Positions 1 through 7,512 of a DNA stretch of 32,000 nt are shown here, in pieces; the stretch's first letter is position 1; the number at the start of each line of letters is the position of its first letter. Below the pieces are notes generated by a model, which had not been told where the DNA came from, searched no databases, and worked only from the letters and a program-made list of their open reading frames with translations. The stretch is taken from contig NZ_LT934425.1 of NCBI RefSeq assembly GCF_900232105.1, forward strand, positions 2,040,001 to 2,072,000, given 5' to 3'. This DNA is from Candidatus Kuenenia stuttgartensis (lineage in GTDB: Bacteria; Planctomycetota; Brocadiia; Brocadiales; Brocadiaceae). The position numbers and the translations under genes are program-made.

Positions 1-73
1 TGCGTTAGGGAGTTTTTCGATATGTTCGTTATTCGATATCATATTTTATTAATAATACGATTTATTTGTTAAT

Positions 74-97
74 ATAGGAATAGGGCTATTCCTATAG
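74..97. repeat. Perfect inverted repeat TATAGGAATAG-gg-CTATTCCTATA in AT-rich non-coding DNA at the left edge of the island
   Basis: Arms 74-84 and 87-97 are exact reverse complements (read directly). The 2-nt spacer is too short for an RNA hairpin loop, so it looks more like a dimeric protein-binding site. Confidence 0.5.
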
Positions 98-225
98 ATT
101 TATTGATCTTATACATTGTTTAACCTGAAATCAAGGATTGAGTATTGAAGAGAAATTAAAAAAAACACAAAAGCAAAAATCAATTATTACGAAAAATTTG
201 ATGGAATATTCCAATGAAATAAAAC

Positions 226-570
226 TTATTCTTTGTCTTCGTCTTCGTCTTCGTCTTCAAGTTCTTTGCCCATGCGGTATTAATATCATAGTTGATACCT
301 TGTCCTGAGCCAAGCCGAAGGAATGAAGTCTAATTCCTCATCGGTGAAACCGTAGTGGCGAGCTAAACCGCAAACAAGCTGTTATTTAATGGAATGCGCC
401 AATTCAATTTTAGAAAATGCTTTCATTAACATTCCTTCTATGTTTACAATGAACAATCCCATGGCAAAAGAAGTCCGTTGGGCTTTGGCACAAGTTTTTT
501 GCAACGTGTTATCTGCCGGTGCAAACACATTTTCTAATAGAAGGACAAATTTATAATCTTCCGACCACAT
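226..570 (-). pseudogene. Decayed 3' portion of a second N6-adenine DNA methyltransferase, paralogous to the 3933..7364 gene
   Basis: Minus-strand nt 366-258 align with the last ~100 nt of the intact methyltransferase gene (4031-3948). This includes 32 identical nt (ATGAAGTCTAATTCCTCATCGGTGAAACCGTA on the + strand). The copy has a 26-nt replacement (297-322) and a 1-nt deletion that create in-frame TGA and TAA stops. Conceptual tail is ..ARHYGFTDEELDF..YRMGKELEDEDEDEDKE* versus ..AQHYGFTDEELDFIINYDIKYRMGKELDVED* in the intact gene. The 62-aa ORF 382..570 is in the same frame and separated from this tail only by a single TAA (382-384). Confidence 0.6.
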
Positions 571-578
571 ATCGTCTT

Positions 579-809
579 CTAGTTTTCCCTCCTAAAATTA
601 TCCTCAATCTCATTTAGTCTTTCCCGGCACTGATTTATCATGTGTAAAACACATTTAGTACAGTAGAAAGAATCCTTGTACATACCATCTTTGACCTTAA
701 GAACGAGTTGACCCTTCTGGATAGAATGGGCATCATCGTGATAGCATTTTCGCTTTCTGCCAGCGACATCAACCGAATGAGTCTTAAGCATGCTTTTGTA
801 TTTTGCCAT
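579..809 (-). CDS. 76-aa Cys/His-containing small protein (possible zinc ribbon), last gene of the defence-type operon
   Basis: The ATG at 809-807 lies 1 nt after the helicase stop (813-811) and is preceded by GGAAGG. Residues KC-Y-H (22-24) and YC-TK-C (50-53) could ligate a metal. The longer 121-aa version (start 944) would overlap the helicase by 134 nt. Confidence 0.45.
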   Translation of the reverse strand: MAKYKSMLKTHSVDVAGRKRKCYHDDAHSIQKGQLVLKVKDGMYKDSFYCTKCVLHMINQCRERLNEIEDNFRREN

Positions 810-810
810 T

Positions 811-3003
811 TCAGTTACCTTCCATTTTTTTTCTAATTTCAGACACCAGTTTATCAATAATTTCATCCATGTTGTCATGAGCATTTTTGAGTTGGTTTTC
901 CGTGAGTAAATCTCGTTCCCGTGAGCAAACATGCAAGTATTCAAGGACTGCTCTATTAATTAAAATTATTGCCGCCGGAAGATTAGCAGATGCAGTTGTT
1001 GATGGAAAATGCTTTGGGAGGTCTAATCCACCAATCTTCAACTGAAGTTCATTTAATAGTTGCTTTGCTGCAGAACGTACTCTCTCATCAAGACGCCGCC
1101 TTGCTGCCTTTCTCGCTTCTTGTGGGGACACCTGAAGTTTACTGAGAGTTCCTCTTTTTTGTGCTTGTAAGTATGATTGCATGAGCTTAGTCTCTAATTC
1201 CTCACGAGACAAACCAAAAACTTCAAAATCAATCCCTCGCATTTGCATTGTCTGAATTAAGTCCTCGACAGCTATTCTGGTGTCTTCTGGTACAAAATGA
1301 TCCTGAACAAAATGTACGATGGCCTCTTCAATTACCTCCATTTCAGGTCTGAAGCGTTTGCGACTTGGAGCAGGGTCTTTTTCACTGCTTTTATGAAGAA
1401 TGAACTCATGCTTACCAAATGCAAGTTCTGCAAAGAATGCCTCATCATCTTGGTCAAATTCCTTTAACTCATTCCACCACCGGTCAACATTGAGGCCAAC
1501 ATGAGAAACAACAAAACCACGATTAGCTGGATGACCAGGAGCGTTTTGTTTAATAACACGCATTACACGACCCACGAATTGAACGTATGGCATCAAATGC
1601 CTGTAAGGCCTGAATATCGCAGCTACGCTTAAGTTTGGATAATCTGCACCTTCACCAAGCATTTGGACTTGTACTATTGCATCAATACTTTTTGTTTGTA
1701 GCTTATTTCTAACCTTATATTGTTCTTCTTCTGGCAGATTACTGTGTATAATTTCTGTTCGAATGTTCCTCTCGGTGTATAAAGCCCTAATTGAATTTGC
1801 ATGGTCAATTGAGCATGCAACGGCTATTATTTGGTGCACTTCCCCACTTTCTTTCAATTCTTGCAGGCTTTGGATGGAAGCATCAACAATGCTTTCGTTA
1901 CATTCACGAGACAGTGCTACGCCTTTACTAAACCAATCTTTTTCCCGTAACATCAGGACGTCGTTTAGCCCAACTTTTCGGTTCTCGCCTTTGTAGGTAA
2001 AATAGATTTCTTGAGGCTCTAGCATACGAGAGGCAATGTCCTTGATGTACCCATCTCTTATCGCTTTCGCGATAGGAAAACGGTAGATTCTTTCTCCCTC
2101 AACCTTCTTCCCATCGGCTCTGAGTGGTGTTGCTGTGAAACTGACCTTCTTTGCATCGGGAAACTTGTTTAGCACTTCTTGCCAAGTCGGGGCAACATTA
2201 TGGTGTGCCTCATCGATAAGTATCATATCAAAGAAATCTGGCGCAAGCATTTTAATCCATTTCTTTGAACTTTTGGTTGTAAGCTGCTGAATGTTAGTAA
2301 CTACGATATCAGCACCATCGCAGTCGTGTATGCTAGCCTCGCTGTCGAGGTAGGCACAGGTAGGGCCATACCCGTTTGAGAGAACACCAAATCTCCGAAG
2401 AAAACTGCCACCGCAACTATAATCAAAATTGTCGTGTAGATTTCTTCTAATTTCAAGATTCGGCGCTATTGCCAAAACGCGCCCAGAACTTACGTGAAAG
2501 GGTAGCAAAGACATTGCCCCCGTTTTACCACACCCAACTGGAAGTTGAATTATCGCATGGTCGGAATAAGATTCGAAGTACCTCTTCGCAGCATAATATG
2601 CTTCTTTCTGCGGTACCCTAAGCCTATCGTTCTTCTCAATATTCGGTGCTAGCGTTTGAAAAGGGTTGGCTCTCAATGTTACTGCAGGAATTCGTGTTAG
2701 CTCTTTCTCAATCCATTGTTTGGTATCAGGTAAAGTGGAGAGTGATAATGCATGCCTAAATACCTTTACTGCTTCAGAATAACGGCGGGAATCACAGAGA
2801 CAACTAGCCTGGCTAATGAAATTGATAACTGCATTTTCCACTTCACCTTTAGTCAAATATGCTCTGGCTATGATAGCCTCAAATACCGCAACTTCAGAAC
2901 CTAGGTGGAAGATATCGCGATTATTTTTACTGAGCTTTGCATACTCAAGGGCAAGGAGTTTAGCATTTTTTTCTTTCTTGAGTTCATTTAGGTCCATTGT
3001 CAC
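811..3003 (-). CDS. Superfamily 2 DEAH-box helicase (ResIII / type III restriction-enzyme Res-like core) with N-terminal helical-repeat-like region and ~250-aa C-terminal extension
   Basis: Motif I LPVGCGKTG (nt 2540-2517), motif II LIDEAHH (DEAH at nt 2214-2203), motif III SFTATPLR. C-terminal helicase lobe has QMLGEGADYP and VQFVGRVMR. A GTG at 3003 overlaps the upstream stop (GTGA). An ATG at 2997 with GAGGAG 5 nt upstream is an equally good start. Confidence 0.9.
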   Translation of the reverse strand: MTMDLNELKKEKNAKLLALEYAKLSKNNRDIFHLGSEVAVFEAIIARAYLTKGEVENAVINFISQASCLCDSRRYSEAVKVFRHALSLSTLPDTKQWIEKELTRIPAVTLRANPFQTLAPNIEKNDRLRVPQKEAYYAAKRYFESYSDHAIIQLPVGCGKTGAMSLLPFHVSSGRVLAIAPNLEIRRNLHDNFDYSCGGSFLRRFGVLSNGYGPTCAYLDSEASIHDCDGADIVVTNIQQLTTKSSKKWIKMLAPDFFDMILIDEAHHNVAPTWQEVLNKFPDAKKVSFTATPLRADGKKVEGERIYRFPIAKAIRDGYIKDIASRMLEPQEIYFTYKGENRKVGLNDVLMLREKDWFSKGVALSRECNESIVDASIQSLQELKESGEVHQIIAVACSIDHANSIRALYTERNIRTEIIHSNLPEEEQYKVRNKLQTKSIDAIVQVQMLGEGADYPNLSVAAIFRPYRHLMPYVQFVGRVMRVIKQNAPGHPANRGFVVSHVGLNVDRWWNELKEFDQDDEAFFAELAFGKHEFILHKSSEKDPAPSRKRFRPEMEVIEEAIVHFVQDHFVPEDTRIAVEDLIQTMQMRGIDFEVFGLSREELETKLMQSYLQAQKRGTLSKLQVSPQEARKAARRRLDERVRSAAKQLLNELQLKIGGLDLPKHFPSTTASANLPAAIILINRAVLEYLHVCSRERDLLTENQLKNAHDNMDEIIDKLVSEIRKKMEGN

Positions 3004-3560
3004 TCCTCACTTCTCTGGTAATACCATAGCCTTGCCTTTGAATCTTTGTATATGGCCACACAGACATACCCTGGTCTGCGAAATGGATTCTCAAGTAACT
3101 GCACAGATTTTTTTGCGCATATTTCTTCAATGTCGCCGTTCTGCTGACCACTTACTTCAATCATTTCTTCTCTTTCTCCGATCCAATAGTCGGCTTTTTC
3201 TCCTCGACGAGTTACCTCCGTGATTTCTCGATTGACGTTCAAATGCAAGAGTATACAACTGAGGCCAAGAGTCGCGAACTCAGTGATAACTGGTTCTTGG
3301 TAGGTGTTAATGCATTTATTATAGTCATCTCTAAGTCCTGACCAATTTAAATTAACATCCGTCTCAGTAGCCTCTAAGGCTGATGACCGGTAACTATTTC
3401 GCAAAGTTTTATGCCCATCTGTATAACGTTCTGTTCCTAAGAGTCTTCTGACTAAAGGAGAACGAAAATCCTCTGCACGAATTCTCGGATGATGATTGTG
3501 CAGTTCGTTCACATTAACTACGTTGTTATTGTCAGGGTCTAAAACATTTCGTCGATTCAT
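3000..3560 (-). CDS. 186-aa hypothetical protein, translationally coupled to the helicase; weak PD-(D/E)xK-like pattern (E..ATLG..., KADYW, IEVSG) but the canonical Lys is absent
   Basis: ATG preceded by AAGGGAG. The stop overlaps the helicase start by 4 nt. The start abuts the stop of the 74-aa ORF. No family recognised by eye. Confidence 0.7.
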   Translation of the reverse strand: MNRRNVLDPDNNNVVNVNELHNHHPRIRAEDFRSPLVRRLLGTERYTDGHKTLRNSYRSSALEATETDVNLNWSGLRDDYNKCINTYQEPVITEFATLGLSCILLHLNVNREITEVTRRGEKADYWIGEREEMIEVSGQQNGDIEEICAKKSVQLLENPFRRPGYVCVAIYKDSKARLWYYQRSEE

Positions 3561-3785
3561 TTACGCTCCCTTGAAGTTATCTTGAAATTTAATACGGTCT
3601 TTATTTGCAATAAATGATACATGGTCGTTTATATCTATACTCAACGTTTTCATATCTTCGCTCACACGAACAAATAACTCGTTTGTATCCGAAATACTTC
3701 GCTTTTCGTCCACTTTTTGGATGATATCCGAAGTATTTCTAACATTTACAAACTGGTTGAAGACTAAAGGCTCTTGCCTTGACAA
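3561..3785 (-). CDS. 74-aa hypothetical protein (TTG start, weakly supported)
   Basis: Open frame whose stop is immediately followed by the 186-aa ATG. The only start is a TTG, and the nearest AGGAGG is ~19 nt upstream, which is far. No recognisable motif. Confidence 0.35.
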   Translation of the reverse strand: MSRQEPLVFNQFVNVRNTSDIIQKVDEKRSISDTNELFVRVSEDMKTLSIDINDHVSFIANKDRIKFQDNFKGA

Positions 3786-3932
3786 TTTATGGCACTTTTA
3801 ATTTCCTCCTTTCTTCCTCTCTTCCTCGCTCATAACCTCATGCTGAACTTGATTCAGTATCCGTTTGTGAACGCAATTTCTGGTAAACCACTTGCTTTGT
3901 CTGAAACAGAGTTTAGAAACCCCTATGCAATC

Positions 3933-6900
3933 TCAATCCTCTACGTCCAGTTCTTTGCCCATACGGTATTTAATGTCGTAGTTGATGATGAAGTCTAATT
4001 CCTCATCGGTGAAACCGTAATGTTGGGCTAATACTTTGTCTATTTCGTCTATGATGGGTTTTGAGAGCCTTGGATAAAATTCTTGATAAGTAATGCTTCC
4101 TGTTTTTGCTGAGACCTTTTCCTTGAATTGACTATTATTTTTGTAGTCAACCATTAATTCATCACAAAGCTTCGAAAGCATTTTTAAATTCTCTGGTTTT
4201 AAATCAGCAACTGAAAATGGAAATTCTTTTAAGTCGCTTGGATTCAAATCTCTACAATTAGTTGTAAGAATAAAGTACCAATAAAATAGACTACTACTCA
4301 ATATTGAAATAATTGCCTTTTTATTAGACTCTGACTTAAAAAATAAATAATTTTCTCGACTTGAGATAGCTTTGACTCCATTCAAAATGAAATTAGGGCT
4401 AAAATCCGTAAATATTTTCCAATATCTACCGCCACCTATTCGATAGAAAATTTTATGTTGCCCTTCTCTTTGTAAATCAAAAGCTAATATTTTCCCCCTC
4501 TTCTTTAATTTTTTTAAAATATCATTCTCAATTTTGTAACCGATTTTAGGAATTACGTAATCTTTAGCCTGCAATGAATTTTCACTATAAATGAGTTTTT
4601 CGAACAAAATCGATCTCTCTTCGGACTTCCATTTTATAAAAAAAGTCGTATGGATTGATTCAAAGTTTTTCTTAGGTGAAATAATGAAAATTGTAAGCAA
4701 GACTTCTGCTCCAGTAAATAGTTTACTTGGACGTTCGGCAAAGTTGCTCAACCAAACTTCTTTTGAATCAAAAGACAGTTTTTGTATACACTCCATCCGT
4801 TGTGTACAAATAACACTTATTGGTACAATAAGGCTAAAATAACCTTTTTCGGAAATTATTCTTCTTGACCTTTCACAAACAAAGCCAAATAAGTTTCCGC
4901 ATTCCTGAACACTATAATTGTTTAGGGTGTAATCTTTTCTTACTTTTGAATACTCCACATACGGCGGATTGCCAATAACCACACCGAACCCGCCTTTTTC
5001 TTGTATGGTTTCATAAAATTCCGCAAACCAGTGGAAGGGTTGATGGCTGGCCTTCCATTTTTCAAGGTCCTTTGGTTTCCCCTCTATATCAATTTTATAG
5101 AGCTGCGCGAGATAGATATTTAACGTATCATTTAACTTTCTCAACCGCTCCTCTAAATCCTTCTTTGCGCCGCTCATTGCGGGACTGTCAATTATCACCT
5201 GTGAATTTTTAAAATTCTCGTACGCCATTTTTATCATTTCTGCCTGTTCTTTTATCGATTCGATTTCCTTCTTTGAGAAAAGACGGCCTTTTGCCTTTTC
5301 CACTTCTTCAAGTCTTGCAAAGCCCACAAGCGTATTGCCTGACCGGATATTGAAGTCAATATCAGGCAGCGGCTCTAATCCCAGATTCGGCTTTTTATAG
5401 TCCACGTCCACCGTTGCCACCAGTTTCAGGAATAACCTCAGCTTGGCAATTTCTACCGCCTCATGCATGATGTCAACGCCGTAGATGTTTTTTAAAATGA
5501 TGTTCTTATAAATGAAATATTGGAGACTGGGGTGTTCGAGTGATTTAACTGCCGCTAAGGTTTCCTGGAAGAATTTGTATTTTGACACACCCTTTTGCCC
5601 CTTATCAGGAGTAGAATTTTTGGCATCTGTCATAAATGCCTCCATACGCTGAATGCATGCCTCGTATAACGGTTCAAGGATGTTGATTGCGGCAAAAAGG
5701 AAAGCGCCTGAACCGCAGGTGGGGTCAAGTATGGATATGTTTGTTAAGGCTTTATAAAAGTGTCTGATTAATTCAGGATCATCAGTGCTTTCGATTACAT
5801 CCTGAGCAAATTGCCGGATGTTAAGGTTGTATGTGATAAGGTCGTTTATCTCGTGTATTTCACCGTTTTCAATCTTTTGCGTTGTCTCTGCATAACGTTT
5901 CCTTCGTTCAACCACCTCACGCCATATTTCAGTGGGAAGTCCATATTCCGGCGGGGTGGGTTTATTCCATGCTGTGCGTTTGGAAACGTCATTCAGTCCG
6001 GCAGCAATTTCAGATGGCAACGGTAATTGTGGTGGTAATGGTAGGGGCGAAGCATTCTCTGGTGTGTGCGATGGTTGTAGAGAATCGTTCCGCTGTTCTG
6101 CGGATAAATGTTGTGCGGGTTGTGACAGAGAATGCTTCGCCCCTACGGGAATAACGATGCCGTGTTTTACAGCATCATACAGGTATTTATCAGGTTCTGT
6201 TTGCAGGAATCTCCATATTTCGGCATCGGGGTTTAGCGCTTTGGGATAAGTTCTTTTTACCTCATCGAACAGGTAAGGGATTACGCAGTTTTTACTGATG
6301 TAGTCCGTAATGTCCTCTTTGGTATAATATGCCCCCATAGATGCCCGGTCGTTGATGTATTTTTCAAATATGTAACCAATTACATCGGGATTTATGTCTT
6401 TACCTGTGGCGGTAATGCGTGTATCCAGGTGCCATTCATACTGGTCAAAGAAGCTGAATACCTGCTCAAATGCCTCATCTGCTATCTCAATGTTGTCATA
6501 GTTTTGCTCTATGTGGTGAACATCAAACAAGCCGCCGTTGAGATACGGCACAATGCCGATTTCATTGGTGATCTCTGGCGTTCTTTCATACGAACCCAGT
6601 CCCTTATGGAAAAGGATGAGCAGGAAGTTTCTATAAAATGAGTAAAACCTATTCTTGCCCCTTTTCTCCTGTGTGGCTTTCAGCCTGTTTTTCAGGTAGT
6701 CTTTGTCATTATCTAAAAACCCTTTTTTCTGGATAAAGTAGATGAACATCAGGCGGTTCAGCATCAGGGATGCATACCAATCCTTATCTACATTTTCGCT
6801 GATGCCCTTGATGAAATCTAAAAATGAGGTGTGTTCTTTTTTGAACTGGTCGTAAAAACGCTTTGTAACTTTTTCGGCATTGGCGTTGAATTGCTCTTGT

Positions 6901-7364
6901 ATGAGGGATTTAACGTCCACGATGCGGATCTTTTCCTCATCATCTATGGAAAAGAAAAGGCCCTTGAGTTTCTGGAACAATAGTTCCGGTTCCTGATGTA
7001 TGTAGTAATGCGTCTCCCTTACAGCCAATGGTTTTCCTTGTTCACGGATTACCAGTTGCCAGATTTGGTGTTTTTGAGAAAGATCGCTAAAGATGATGAG
7101 GTGTTCAAAATAGAGTTTGGTAATGGCGCTGTCTATTTTTTTTCTGATGTGATAATCGGGCATCTTGCCATGATTACCTGGAAAGCAGGCAAAGATCACA
7201 AAGCCTTTTTTTTCTGCCACGGCCTCCAAATTGTACGTTTCGTTTTCAACGACTACAGATTCTTTTTTCCGTACATTGTCCCACCCCAGTTCATTAAAAA
7301 GCTCTTTGAATTGATAGTTTTTTATGAGATGTTTAAAACGTGTTTTGTCTATGGAGGTATTCAT
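3933..7364 (-). CDS. Large gamma-class N6-adenine DNA methyltransferase of the Eco57I / type IIG / PglX / DrmMI-like kind; no nuclease motif seen
   Basis: SAM motif I ILDPTCGSGAFL (nt 5726-5700), catalytic motif IV GNPPYVEY (GNPPY at nt 4973-4959). Also DIDFNIRSGNTLVG, and the WYASLMLNRLMFIYFIQKKGFL helix typical of this family. Long C-terminal region consistent with a target-recognition domain. Confidence 0.9.
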   Translation of the reverse strand: MNTSIDKTRFKHLIKNYQFKELFNELGWDNVRKKESVVVENETYNLEAVAEKKGFVIFACFPGNHGKMPDYHIRKKIDSAITKLYFEHLIIFSDLSQKHQIWQLVIREQGKPLAVRETHYYIHQEPELLFQKLKGLFFSIDDEEKIRIVDVKSLIQEQFNANAEKVTKRFYDQFKKEHTSFLDFIKGISENVDKDWYASLMLNRLMFIYFIQKKGFLDNDKDYLKNRLKATQEKRGKNRFYSFYRNFLLILFHKGLGSYERTPEITNEIGIVPYLNGGLFDVHHIEQNYDNIEIADEAFEQVFSFFDQYEWHLDTRITATGKDINPDVIGYIFEKYINDRASMGAYYTKEDITDYISKNCVIPYLFDEVKRTYPKALNPDAEIWRFLQTEPDKYLYDAVKHGIVIPVGAKHSLSQPAQHLSAEQRNDSLQPSHTPENASPLPLPPQLPLPSEIAAGLNDVSKRTAWNKPTPPEYGLPTEIWREVVERRKRYAETTQKIENGEIHEINDLITYNLNIRQFAQDVIESTDDPELIRHFYKALTNISILDPTCGSGAFLFAAINILEPLYEACIQRMEAFMTDAKNSTPDKGQKGVSKYKFFQETLAAVKSLEHPSLQYFIYKNIILKNIYGVDIMHEAVEIAKLRLFLKLVATVDVDYKKPNLGLEPLPDIDFNIRSGNTLVGFARLEEVEKAKGRLFSKKEIESIKEQAEMIKMAYENFKNSQVIIDSPAMSGAKKDLEERLRKLNDTLNIYLAQLYKIDIEGKPKDLEKWKASHQPFHWFAEFYETIQEKGGFGVVIGNPPYVEYSKVRKDYTLNNYSVQECGNLFGFVCERSRRIISEKGYFSLIVPISVICTQRMECIQKLSFDSKEVWLSNFAERPSKLFTGAEVLLTIFIISPKKNFESIHTTFFIKWKSEERSILFEKLIYSENSLQAKDYVIPKIGYKIENDILKKLKKRGKILAFDLQREGQHKIFYRIGGGRYWKIFTDFSPNFILNGVKAISSRENYLFFKSESNKKAIISILSSSLFYWYFILTTNCRDLNPSDLKEFPFSVADLKPENLKMLSKLCDELMVDYKNNSQFKEKVSAKTGSITYQEFYPRLSKPIIDEIDKVLAQHYGFTDEELDFIINYDIKYRMGKELDVED
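6041..6146. repeat. Palindromic repeat element inserted inside the methyltransferase CDS and read through in frame
   Basis: Perfect 20-bp arms GTAGGGGCGAAGCATTCTCT (6041-6060) and AGAGAATGCTTCGCCCCTAC (6127-6146). The termini match the intergenic GTAGGGGCGAAGCATTTGCC family. Encodes aa 407-441, VGAKHSLSQPAQHLSAEQRNDSLQPSHTPENASPL. Confidence 0.85.
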
Positions 7365-7397
7365 TTTCTTGATTTATTATAATTGCCGTATCTGGTA

Positions 7398-7508
7398 TAG
7401 GGGCGAAGCATTTGCCTGCGTATGGTTTAACTCGTTCAACAGAGTGGAGTCGGCGCGTGTACCGTATTTACATCCTTATCTTCTATGCAGGCAAATGCTT
7501 CGCCCCTA
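7398..7508. repeat. Palindromic element (22-bp perfect arms) filling the SNF2-methyltransferase intergenic gap
   Basis: TAGGGGCGAAGCATTTGCCTGC (7398-7419) is the exact reverse complement of 7487-7508. The right arm ends 4 nt from the SNF2 stop codon (7513-7515). Confidence 0.9.
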
Positions 7509-7512
7509 CGTT

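Noticed and set aside
579-944. 121-aa ORF as listed in the track
   Set aside because: Its first 45 codons overlap the 3' end of the helicase gene by 134 nt in another frame. An internal ATG at 809, 1 nt after the helicase stop and behind GGAAGG, gives a more plausible 76-aa product.
226-4031. The idea that the duplicated methylase 3' ends form a phase-variable specificity (TRD) shufflon
   Set aside because: The two homologous segments are in direct, not inverted, orientation. They cover only the last ~35 codons downstream of any target-recognition region. The distal copy carries stops and an indel, and no recombinase gene is present. A relic of replacement is the simpler reading.
5811-6249. 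Three overlapping plus-strand ORFs (71, 90 and 105 aa) antisense to the methylase
   Set aside because: They coincide with the locally GC-richer palindromic insert and the Pro-rich region, have no RBS, and lie antisense to a strongly supported CDS. They are most likely frame artefacts.
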